Shown here: positions 37,985 through 49,260 of the stretch, piece after piece
Position numbering within the stretch: the stretch's first letter is position 1
Layout of the letters: every line of letters starts with the position of its first letter
Source of the DNA: Eledone cirrhosa
Taxonomy: Eukaryota
Direction of reading: 5' to 3'
Length of the DNA stretch: 64,000 bases
Assembly: GCA_964016885.1 (NCBI GenBank)
Contig: OZ024741.1
Coordinates: forward strand, 330,274,001-330,338,000
Translations under genes and position numbers: made by a program
The notes under the pieces: model-generated
What the model was told of the DNA's origin: nothing
The model's database searches: none
What the model saw: only the letters and a program-made list of their open reading frames with translations

Positions 37985-38781
37985 GGATTCTATAAAATGC
38001 ACACAATGCAGATCCTGGGTACACAAGAGATGTAGCGGGATAGCAGGCAAACTAACAGGTAGGGAGAAATATGTATGCAGTAGATGTACAGGGAAATTAG
38101 ACAGGAGAAGTCGCACTGATAGACACATTTTTCAAATGCAAGAGGGCGCTATAGAAGTGGGGGATAGCTTCCGGTACCTAGGAGATCAGATTAGCATGGG
38201 AGGAGGGTGTTCCGAGGCCATAGTATCTAGAATAAGGACGGGTTGGAAGAAGTTTAGGGAGTTGCTTCCTCTGTTGACGAAGAAGGGGTTTCTCCCTGCG
38301 TATGAAAGGCCGGTTGTATGATGCCTGTGTGAGGAGCGCGATGCTGCATGGTAGTGAGACATGGGCAGCAACTGCAGAGGATATGTGACAGCTGGAGAGA
38401 AATGAGGCAAGCATGCTCCGTTGGATGTGCAGTATAAATGTGCGTGAACGACCCAGCATAAATGTGTTGAGAGAGAAACTGTGTCCGAGAGGGATAGAAT
38501 GTAGTGTACGGGAGAGGAGACTGAGGTGGTATGGACATGTGATGCGCATGGAGGATGACCGATGGGTGAAGAAGTGCCAGGAATTGCCAGTTGAAGGAAG
38601 ACGTGGTAGAGGTAGACCACGAAAAACATGGGTGGAGGTGGTGAGAACAGACCTCAGATCATTGAAGCTCACGGTGGAGATGACGAGGGACCGTGACAAG
38701 TGGAGAGATGCTGCGCTGAATAAGACCCATCCCACCCTTGCAAGCAGGGAAAAGCGGACGTATGATGATGATGATGATGAT
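37984..38781 (+). mobile_element. 5'-truncated RTE LINE (PHD-bearing family) with short 3' UTR and (GAT)n tail
   Basis: [17 protein letters not shown]...CSRC, FRYLGD, RLRWYGHVMRM and GRGRPRKTW. Confidence 0.95.
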
Positions 38782-38891
38782 GGATACCTTGTATATATAT
38801 GGATACCCTATATATATATATATATATATATGGATACCCTGTATATATATATATGGATACCCTGTGTGTATATATATATATGGATACCCTG

Positions 38892-38924
<33 letters not shown>

Positions 38925-38931
38925 GGATACC

Positions 38932-38973
<42 letters not shown>

Positions 38974-38975
<2 letters not shown>

Positions 38976-39288
38976 AGGCACATGGCTTAGTGGTTAGAGC
39001 ATTGGGCTTGCAATCGAAAGGTTGTGAGTTCAATTCTCAGACCGGGTGATGTGTTGTTTCCTTGAGCAAGACACTTTATTTCACATTGCTCCAGTTTACT
39101 CAGCTGTAGAAATGAGATGATAGGGACTGGAGTACCTATCATTCCACTGCAAAGTGGTCGTGGAGGTGCCACGGCAAAAAGCACCCAGTACTCACTGTAA
39201 ATGAGGTTGGTGTTAGGAAGAGCAAGCCAGAATCAGTTCCCGTCCCACCCTTGCAAGCAAGGAAAAGCGGACGTAAAATGATGATGAT
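38974..39288 (+). mobile_element. SINE family A
   Basis: Near-identical to 8520-8866 and 53439-53778. Inserted in (TA)n. Confidence 0.9.
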
Positions 39289-39957
39289 ATATAAGTTTTA
39301 GTACAGCATAGACGAAGCTCTAGCATCCGGCCAAGCTAGCGTGTATGCATATTCGGTCTGTAGCTTTAGCACTCAGATGAGGTAAGACCCCAGAGTATAA
39401 CATTATGTTCAGACAGCTTAGCAGATCAGATATAGCAGTCGGCAGTCCGACCACACTACCAGAGCAACGAAAATACAGGACCCAGGGAAAGATTTTTTAC
39501 TGACCTCGACATAACGCTGAGGCTGAGTGTAAAATATATAACCCACATGATGTATCCACAATATAGATCGCAATATCACACTCAACGTCAGCGCTAAGTT
39601 TCTGCAAATCCAAGATCGACAAATTCCCATTGCAGGAGTCTGCAATATAATGGTTTTTGACGACAGAACATAGGATTTACTTCTTCATCAAGTCTTTCGT
39701 TCTTAGCCAAAGCGGATATGTTGTAACTTTAAAGGTCGGCACAGACACGTGGTTTTCTCCAAGGGAGGTAACCCTCGGTTAGGTGGTGTATTCTAATTTG
39801 AGATAAAGGAATGAATCCCCTTATTCAAACCGAATAAAGCACTCAACTAGAAGTTATCAAACAAACTTAAACAATTAATTAATCAATAGGATCATCTAAT
39901 AAAATTAATCAGTTAAACGTTAATTCTAGGAGTAAATATAAATTTTAGTACAGCATA
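39289..39957. other. Unclassified structured non-coding element with 22-bp terminal direct repeats
   Basis: ATATAA(G/A)TTTTAGTACAGCATA at 39289-39310 and 39936-39957. More CpG than the flanks, many internal inverted repeats, no convincing ORF. Confidence 0.65.
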
Positions 39958-42900
39958 TATATATATGGATACCCTGTATATATGTATGTAAACCCTTGCA
40001 AGTATGGAAAAGTAGGCATAAAACGGTTATATATAATACATTATATATGTATCATCATGATCATTTAAGATCAATTCTCCCCACTAGCAAAGATTGTACC
40101 CTGCTCTCTAGTCATCCACCCCATTCATATCCCTGATTCCTCCTTCACCACCCAACACATGCCAGCAGTGACATGGGCACACCTATGCTCACTCCTTTTC
40201 TTCAAGACCATCTTGTGACCCAACAGTCATTCTTTCTTACTCACATTACTGAAACCCCATTCCAAACATAGTACGTTAAAAAGTCATCTATACCCCTCAA
40301 TGTACTACCAGTCATCATTTACACTTGTTAAGGTCACTTCTCTTAGGGAGGGGAAAGTTGATTAAATCAACCCCAGTGCATTACTGGTACTTTATTTTAC
40401 TGACCCCGTAAGGATGAAATGCAGAGTTAACCTCAGAATGGGCTGTAACTATATGTTGCAAAGCATGTTGTCTGACGCTCTACCGATTACTGCCTTAACG
40501 TCCTTATATAATAAACAAAATTGAAGAAAGGATAAGAATTCAACAAACGAGTTAATGGTTTTTAATATAATTTATTATAACAAAGCTACACAATGATATA
40601 TGTAAAACTTATTATGTAATGATAGCGTATTGGTATCATATAATGAGGTAGTGTGCACATAAAGCTCACTTTTTTTTTAATGATTAGAAAAGTTACTTGA
40701 TATAAAGAATCCATTTACAGTGATTGTTTTTGTTTATAAATTTTATTTACACTGGATTAATTGGCTACATAAACATTTAACATGCATCCATGGGCTGTAA
40801 ACTCCTGATAGATTATAAGGGTTTGGGGGGAGCACACACACACCCACCATCATGACATATGGTGTGTCTTTGGCATTTTATTACCTGGTCTGATGGAGTT
40901 CATTTTTCTCCAGGTCTGAACACAGCCAATTTCTTCAAGAGAATAGAAAGGGGGTAAAAGAGATGTAGAGGAAGAATCAGTCCCAATCTTGAACTAGTAC
41001 TTTATTGCTCTCCAAGGAATCAAAGTTGTCCTTAGTGTGATTTGAATTCAGTACACAAAGAGCCAGAATGAATACAGTAAAGCATTCTATCCGATGTTCT
41101 AACGACAATTCTGCTAATTTAATACCATTTAACATACATACATACAAAGTATTCTAAATAGATTTGGTTTTCAAAATCTGAACAATATAAAGTAGGAATA
41201 AAGAGAAAGGAAGCAGCAACAGCAAATATATATGTTTATCTGTGTCACAGATATAGTATATATATATATCAGTGAAAGATACACCAAATATATCTATCTC
41301 TCAGTCACAGATACAACATATATATATACCAATGCTAGCATAGGGAAATGGACGTTAAACGATGATGATACATATATGTATCAGTAAATATGTGTTTTAG
41401 TCGTTCAATCAACTTTATGGCCTGCCCATAAAATGTGAAAGTGGCTGAGCATTCCACAGACATGTATCATTAATGTAATTCTCAGGCAGATTCAGTGTCA
41501 TGCTGAATCTCTCTGAAATTTAACTTTGTTAAACGTACGTGTCTGTGGAATGTTCAGCCACATGCGCTACAATAGAAAATGGTCTGTATCTGCAATTCAA
41601 AGGATCAACCTTGTCATGCTGAATCTCCCTAAGAACTACATTAAAGATACACGTTTGTGGCATGCTCAGCCACTTACATGTTAATTTCACACACACACAC
41701 ATATATATTAGATGCATCTCAGTTTCGAAAATTGCCATCCCTTGACCTTTTTCTCATACATGGGTGGCACGAACATGACCTTTTAACCTTTCCAAGGACT
41801 TATATTCCTTTCCGCATATGCTGCAGCAAAACAAAAAAGAAAAGCCATACTCATGCAACACATGCGAAAGTCGTTTAGATCAAGGGATGCCTATGCTTGA
41901 AGATTTTTTAAGTAAAGAGAGGACCAATCCCATTCTCAACAATAATGACAGATATTCAAAAAGAACAGATCAACATCATTGGTTGCCATCAAGTTGCAGG
42001 TTTTACATCAGTTTTCCTTCTAGAACGATGTCCTCACAAGAACTAGAGGTCTCTCACTCCCGATGGGCTAACCGTGCGCTCGGACACCAAATCGAGTATT
42101 GCATATATATACTGTTAGATGGTTGTTTTGGTACCACAATAAAAAGCATTCAGTTCATACTGTAATGTGGTTGCCATTAGGAAATGCATCCAGTCGTAGA
42201 AACCAAGCCAAAATACAGATCTGTATGAGCAAAACATGGTCTCCAGACCTGACTTGTCGCATAATGTGACAATCCGGCTAACTCGTGCAAGCGTGGAAAA
42301 ATACACATTAAACAATGATGATGATACATACATACATAGATATATCTGAAATGTAAATGACTACATATAACAGTTAAGAAAAACAGATAAATCAGCTGTT
42401 TTTTCCAATTCCAGAGGCACTTTACCTAATTTTCTCAATTATTTATAGTGATCAACTATTATTATATTAATTTAAGTTGGAACGACTAAATTTAAATATT
42501 CCCAATCTTTCTTCTAGCAACAGTCTTATAATTTAAAATCTTCTAAAAGACAGCAATTGGTGACCAGGGACCCCTTAGTGTTATGGTTAACACATTCTCC
42601 CAGCATCCAAGGTTAGACACCTCATAGACATCTATGTCCACTCTTCTGTTCTCATGAGTACATTACTAATAAAGTACACGAACCATCACTGAAGACATTC
42701 TTCTCATTTTTCAAATATATTAAGCAAAGAATTTCTGAAATTCAGATGACACCGCTTAGAGTGAAAGCAGAAATTCTTTGCTTAAACTTTTAATCTGTAC
42801 TAATAATAAATATTTGCTCTACAGATTTATATATACTTATATATATATATACAACCCTTATTGAGTCCTCTATGGATTTTGGTCTTTGTATTTATTATTA

Positions 42901-43217
42901 TTATTATTATTACTATACATATATATAAACTAAAAAATGTTGAGTGGAGACAACGGAAAAATGGACAAACACAGGACAGTCCCTTCTCATCAGTTGACAT
43001 CTGGATGTCCTTGTAATTTGAGTGCATTATATATGTATAATAAAATAATTAGTGGTGGGGTGGGGGATTAATAAAAATAAGATAATAAATAAAGAGTTGT
43101 TAAAACTTCAGATGTCATAGGTACTGGGCTAATTTACCAAGTGAATGTTTCAGGCTTCTGGTGGTATCATTATATACAAAACAGAGCAATGAAATAATGA
43201 TTCAGACAAGGATGACG

Positions 43218-43368
43218 CTACCATTAAGACCAACTAGGCAGCCAGCTAGGGTACAGACGTCAGAGATGCACATTACTGAACCTTACAGGGCTAGGGCTAC
43301 TATTAAAGCCAACTAGGCAGCCACATAGGGTACAGACCTCAGAGAAGCACACTACAGAACTTTAAAGG
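43218..43368. repeat. Two-copy ~78-bp direct repeat
   Basis: GCTAC.ATTAA..CCAACTAGGCAGCCA..TAGGGTACAGAC.TCAGAGA.GCACA.TAC.GAAC occurs twice. Confidence 0.85.
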
Positions 43369-44869
43369 ATCACAGTTTTATACAATTTTGTGTAATTAAA
43401 TATATAATAATTTCTGGTAATCAATAAATATATTGCTAAACATATTTGCTGTGTAGCAGTGTTGTGGAAATATCCAAAAGAAATTGAGAAGGTTGTATGT
43501 TGTATGATGTTATGACCTGTCATATGATTTGGCATGGGTGAATGTGACCTGTGTAGTTGAAAAGGCAGGCTTAGAAATTTTTTTAGTGTGTTTAGAGTAA
43601 GTAATGTCAAAAATTAGGTTTGCCAGCTTACCAAATTGTAAGTTGAAATTATTTTATTTGGGAGAACGGGGTACATAACTGAGAGGAGGTGTGCATTGTA
43701 GAGCCAGCCTCCTAGGGTGCGGAATACTGATATGTATTGTAGTATAACTAGCATCCTAGGGTGCTAAATACCCTGGTACCAGCCCTGAAGATAGATATTA
43801 ATCATAAAATGAATAAGATTATGCAGGAATTGAGGAATACTGATTTTAAAATAGGTTTTATATAAAAAGCTATATCAACTCTTAACACCCTGTAAAGTTT
43901 TATTAGAAAGTATCTAAAAACAGGTTTGTTAATTCAAATGTTTGTAGTAACTTTACAAATGGACAGATCTTCGTAAAAATTTGCAGTATTAGAATAAAGA
44001 TTTTAATAGTGCTGTTTTATTTACTAAATATATATAGTAATTTTACTTGTAAATAAAACATTGTAAAAATTTTTCAGTAAACTAAAGTAGACTTTAATAT
44101 TTAATGTGATGCATTGTGCTGTTTTGTTACTTATCAAAAATGTCTTGCTAATTTGTTAATTCAAATGTTTATAATATCTTTACTAGTGGACAGATTGTTG
44201 TGAAAATTTGCAATATTTGAGTAAAGACTTTACTTTTTAATATGATGCAGTTGTAATACTGTTTTGTACTTTTTAAGAATGTCCTGTTAAAAGGGTTTCA
44301 TGCAGTACAGAGCATTAAGAGTTAATGAATGTGTAAGAGAATAAATCATAATGATAGACACTATAGCTTTAGATAAGGCTAAAAATATGAAAAAGATAAA
44401 TATAAAAGTTATCCCATTATGGGAGAAACCGTGAGAAATGTTTCTCTGTGCAGCATACATATTAACTAAGTACAAAATTAAACATTTGAATGTATGAATA
44501 ATTAAATAATAAGTTGTTTTTTTTAAACATTTCAAGTAATTAGAAGCATTCATATTTCCACTGTTCACTACATTAAGTATAGCAGTTTTAGCTAATAAAG
44601 GAATACAAACTAAAGACCAAGAGGTATTACAATCCGAAGAATAAATATTAAAATGATAGGTCATAATTTTCATTCTATTTGATGAAATTTCAGTAGAAAG
44701 AAAAATGTACCTCCAGTGAAATAGTAACAATAAAATACCTTGTGTTGTGTAAAACAGGGGTGGACTGGTCATATGGGCATTTAGGCAATGATAGGGGAGT
44801 CACTGGGCCAGGCAAAAAAAAAAAAATACAGGAAAACTGCTGAACAAAGATTGAAATGGAAATGGAATC

Positions 44870-45353
44870 CACCTTAGCTGGACAGCAGTGAAAACATGTC
44901 CCCAGACCCTCAGCTGTTTGTTAACCAGTCATCTTAGTTGAACAGCAGTGAAAACACGTCCCTCAGCTGTCTGTTAGTCAGTACCACCTTAGCTGAACAG
45001 CAGGGAAAACATGTCCCCAGGCCCTCAGCTGTCTGTTAGTCAGTGTCACTTTTGTTGAGAAGCAGTGAAAACATGTCCCCAGGCCTTCAGCTGTCTGTTG
45101 GTTAGTGTCACCTTTGCTGAGCTGCAGTGAACAAGTCTCCAGCCTTCAGCTGTCTGTTAGTCAGTGTCACCTTAGCTGAGCAGTTAAAACATGTCCCTGC
45201 TCCTCAACAGTCAGCTGTCTGTTAGTCAGTGTCACCATAGCTGAGTAGCAGTGAACATGTCACCAGCCCTGAGTTGTCTGTTAGTCAGTGTCACCTTAGC
45301 TGAGCAGTGAAAACATGTCTCCAGCCCTCAGCTGTCTGTCAGTCAGTGTCACC
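44870..45353 (-). repeat. Eight-copy ~60-bp minisatellite just downstream of the ZNF-A stop codon
   Basis: Plus-strand unit CACCTTAGCTGAGCAGTGAAAACATGTC(C/T)CCAGCCCTCAGCTGTCTGTTAGTCAGTGT. Confidence 0.92.
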
Positions 45354-45468
45354 CGGATGTCTCAGCCAGTTTTAAACCCCAGTCCACTTCTGCTGTAAAA
45401 TAACACTAAATGTCACACTTCTTTCAATGCTTGTTAAATTTAACAACAACAGAGATTGAGTAAAATAT

Positions 45469-46857
45469 TTAATCTGATTGTTTGTTGTGTCCAGCTGTAC
45501 ATGAAGGTATACTGTGCCCTGCTGTACATGATGATATGTTATGTCCCCCCGTACATGGGGCTATGTTATGTCCCCCCGTACATGGAGCTATGTGATGTCC
45601 AGCTGTACATGAGGCTATGTTGTGCCCACTAATACATGGAGATATATCATGCCCTCCAGTACATGGCGAAATATTGTGTCCAGCAGTACATGTAGATATA
45701 TTGTGTACCCCTGTACACGAGGGTACATTGCCTGCAGTTACCCAGCTGGTTGTTGTCCATGATGTAGGAGAGACAGGAAACCCTCTCACCCATGCATGAT
45801 TATGATCTGGTCTGGGAGCGACCATTTGATGATGTGTACACATTGACCCCATAACAGGAGCAGTAGTAACAGCTACTGCCTGTTGCAACTCACTACTGAC
45901 ACTACCTACAGGAATGGTTTCCAATTGGATTTGGTTTGGTGTTTGATGTTGTCTCTGAGACATAGCAGCATCATTTGATGCTCCCGTGTGGGAATGGGCA
46001 TGTTTTTTAAGATGTGATCGCTGAGAAAATGCCTTCTTGCATACTTCACATTTATAAGGTTTTTCTCCAGTGTGTGTGTGTTGATGTTTATTTAAATGTG
46101 TTCTTTGGCTGAATGCTTTTTGACAAACACTGCACTTAAATGGTTTCTCTCCAGTATGAACACGTTTATGATTATTCAGATGAGTTCTCTGACTGAAAGC
46201 TTTCTTACACACATCACATTTAAATGGCTTTTCTCCAGTGTGAATCCTCTCATGGTTGTTTAGGTGATCCTTCTGTGCAAATGCTTTGTTACAAATCAAA
46301 CAAATAAAAGGTTTAATACCGGAATGAATCCGTTCGTGGCTGTTAAGGTGTGTCCTCTGACTAAATGCTTTGCAACAAATAGAACACAGAAAAGGTTTTT
46401 CCCCTGTGTGAGTCCGTTCGTGGTTATTAAGATGTGATTTCTGTGAGAATGATTTCCGACAAATCAAACATGCAAATGGTTTTTCTCCTGTATGAATACG
46501 TTTATGGCTGTTCAAGTGTGTTCTTTGGCTGAATGCTTTACAGCAGACTTCACAAGTATATGGCCTTTCACCGGTGTGTGTATGTTCATGATTCTTTAGT
46601 TTATCTCTTTGACTAAATACTTTCCCACAGAAGGCACAGTTAAAGTGTTTTCCTGTTGCTGAAGCTAATTCATGCTTATTTAGATAAGCCTTTAGAGTAA
46701 ACCCTTTACGGCATACATCACATTTATACGGTTTCTTTGTGTTATGAGCAACATTCTTATATGCATGAGTCTGATCAGTTGATGGGTATGGGATTCCACA
46801 ACTGTGATAGTTGTATTGGTTCCCAAAACTTGGATAAACTGGTTGGCCAGAATACAT
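45469..46857 (-). CDS. C2H2 zinc-finger protein A (1 degenerate + 8 canonical fingers, C-terminal Cys/His nonapeptide repeats)
   Basis: Intact 462-aa ORF with TGEKP linkers. Polypyrimidine/CAG acceptor upstream at 46993-46995 (- strand). Confidence 0.95.
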   Translation of the reverse strand: MYSGQPVYPSFGNQYNYHSCGIPYPSTDQTHAYKNVAHNTKKPYKCDVCRKGFTLKAYLNKHELASATGKHFNCAFCGKVFSQRDKLKNHEHTHTGERPYTCEVCCKAFSQRTHLNSHKRIHTGEKPFACLICRKSFSQKSHLNNHERTHTGEKPFLCSICCKAFSQRTHLNSHERIHSGIKPFICLICNKAFAQKDHLNNHERIHTGEKPFKCDVCKKAFSQRTHLNNHKRVHTGEKPFKCSVCQKAFSQRTHLNKHQHTHTGEKPYKCEVCKKAFSQRSHLKKHAHSHTGASNDAAMSQRQHQTPNQIQLETIPVGSVSSELQQAVAVTTAPVMGSMCTHHQMVAPRPDHNHAWVRGFPVSPTSWTTTSWVTAGNVPSCTGVHNISTCTAGHNISPCTGGHDISPCISGHNIASCTAGHHIAPCTGGHNIAPCTGGHNISSCTAGHSIPSCTAGHNKQSD

Positions 46858-48091
46858 CTTCCTAGCGTCATAAACTCAACATACATTCATTAAACTCCTA
46901 TAAGAATCTTCTGCAATTATTTACTTTTGGCAAAAAGTAGGACAAAACTTCTCAGCTTCCAATATCGACAGCAATGATTTTCAGACTTTACGCTGAATAA
47001 TATAAAAAAAAAAAAATCATTATTTATATTAATCAATATACAATGCTGAAAAAATAAAATAAAATTTCATAAACAATGTGCAATTATGGCTGTGGGCAGT
47101 GAGGTTAAGGAGTTTGCTTCACAATCAGATAGTTCTGGGTTCAGTCTCTTTGTGTGGAATATTGAGCAAGTATCTTGTACTTTAGCCTTGGGATGAGTAA
47201 TGTTTTGTGATTGAAATTTGGTAGATGGAAACAGCAGAAAACTGTCAAATATATCATCATTGATTTAACGTCCACTTTACCTGTTAGCACAGCTTGGATG
47301 GTTCTACATAAACCATGCCAGTACTTATGCAGGGCTACTGATCTCCCAGACAGACCGAGGGATCTGCATATCGCTTATGTATGGTTTCCCATTCTACTGA
47401 GTGCACAGGAGAGGTTGTCATGTTTTTGACACAACTGAAGAGTCGTGTGTTGATATCTGTGTTTGTCCCATAATTTAGCGGTTCAACAAAACGAGATTGA
47501 TAAAATAAATGCCAAACTTGAAATCATAAGTGCTTGGGGGGGGGGGGGGGGGGGGTCAATATGATTGATGAAATCAATGTGATGCTCCAAAACAGCTAGT
47601 CTGATCACTGGACCCACAAAATAATAAAAGAATGCAAGTAAAATTATACAAAATTAAACATTAATTAGCCTTATCTTTAATTAGATGTATCAAAAACAAA
47701 TATATATATATATATAAACACACACACACATATAATTTTTCAATAGTAGTTATATTTATGACAGAAATATTACTTGTTTATTTAGCAAGGCATGAGACCA
47801 CATCACAGTCGATATTCACAGCCTAACCATAACCTTTTTCATACCAAACTATTTGAAACTGGTTCTGTTACAAAACTGTTTATTTTGAAGTGTTTATATC
47901 TATCTAAAAACCTTCCATCATAATTGTATGTAAGAAATTTATTTTAAAGTGTTTATATATTTCTACCATAATTGTATTTAATGAAGAACCTTCAGTAAGT
48001 TATGATCCAACTTAATGTCAAAATTGGATTAAATCACGATTTAGTGAGTAAATATATATTTTTGCAAGTCAAATAAATATTCATAGATATT

Positions 48092-48208
48092 AGAGTTCAA
48101 ATCCCGCCGAGGTTAACTTAGCCTTTCATCCTTACGGGGTCGATAAAATAAAGTACCAGTAATACACTGAAATAATTGCTGGCCTTGTGCCAAAAGTAGA
48201 AACAATTA
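48092..48208 (+). mobile_element. SINE family B, 5'-truncated
   Basis: GAGTTCAAATCCCGCCGAGG...CCAAAAGTAGAAACAATTAT. Confidence 0.85.
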
Positions 48209-48949
48209 TATTTATAAGGTTCCTAGCAAGAATTAATTATATGTATGTACTCCTATTTAATCTTATATATTTGTTATATAACAAAATGAAATAATTAAGA
48301 AAAATAACCATATAATATTCAAGTTATGTAAATATTTGAGTGTAAGGTGTTTACAGATAACCACATTATTGAGTACATAGTCACAATCCCGCTGCCAGAC
48401 TTTGGTGCTCGAGGCGGGTGGGTGAAAGGAATCGGAACATTCTGGGTGGGAACTCTAAATGAAGGGACGTATTTCATTCAGGACGTTATAAGAAAACCTT
48501 TTCTTACGAAGGCAGACAGGGGAGTTGTACTAAAAACAGTGCTCCAATTAACCCTTTCGTTAGATTTCTAATGAAATGTATTGCTTATGATTTTTAAATA
48601 ATTTTTGAAAATAATCAAGAACTAATTTGTTCTCATTAAGCTAGTATTTGGAACATAACATAACAAAGGTTCTTATATAAAAAATACTATGATGAAAGGT
48701 TTTTAGATAAATATAAACACTTTAAAATATAGTGGTGTATCGTCAAATCGAGAGTTGTTTCAAGCGGTTTGGTATCAACAGATCGTCCCATTATAAGAAG
48801 TCAAAATATCTCCTATTTCTATAGGATGTCTATATTCAATATGAATGAAAGTAATGTCGAGGAAGAGAGTGAAAATGGAGGGAATAATAATAATAATGAA
48901 AAATAAAAACAAACAAATAATTTTATTGATCATTATTGAAAACTATAAT

Positions 48950-49260
48950 AAGCGGACTAGAACTGAAAATATTCCAAGTAAACAGCGAGAGCCTATGTGC
49001 GTGAAGTGACGTGACCGATGGAGTTTGACAACATAATCCAATACAATTATAAACTCCATAGAAAAATACACTGACAAATATGACATTTAGCAACAGCAAC
49101 AGTAGAAATTTAATAAATATGATAGATTTAGATAGAAGGAAGCTTTAGTTTTTCTGAGCCATTTTATTACAAGCGGAATATTACAAGAAGCGTCCAGCGA
49201 GTGTATGGCGGTAGAAGTTGAATTGAAACATATCGTTAGATGGATATTCTGTAGGGGTTA
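48950..49260. promoter_or_regulatory. Possible promoter region upstream of ZNF-A
   Basis: Non-repetitive CpG-enriched patch with GTGACGTGAC, YY1-like GCCATTTT and ATGGCGG, and ETS-like GCGGAA. Motif-level evidence only. Confidence 0.35.

Larger units (their letters stand above)
37809..39980. repeat. GGATACCCTG(TA)n minisatellite, interrupted by three insertions
   Basis: Units at 37809, 37852, 37885, 37924, 38782, 38801, 38832, 38855, 38882, 38925 and 39967. Confidence 0.9.

Noticed and set aside
37628-39049. Many overlapping YIYI-rich ORFs
   Set aside because: These are translations of (TA)n satellite fused to LINE sequence.
39370-39710. Hammerhead ribozyme within the unknown element
   Set aside because: CAGATGA-GGTAAGACC lacks the CUGA and GAAA core, and the minus-strand GAAA/UUGAUGA are too close to form stems I and III.
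44870-45353. CRISPR-like array
   Set aside because: Whole units repeat with no unique spacers, there are no cas genes, and the context is eukaryotic.
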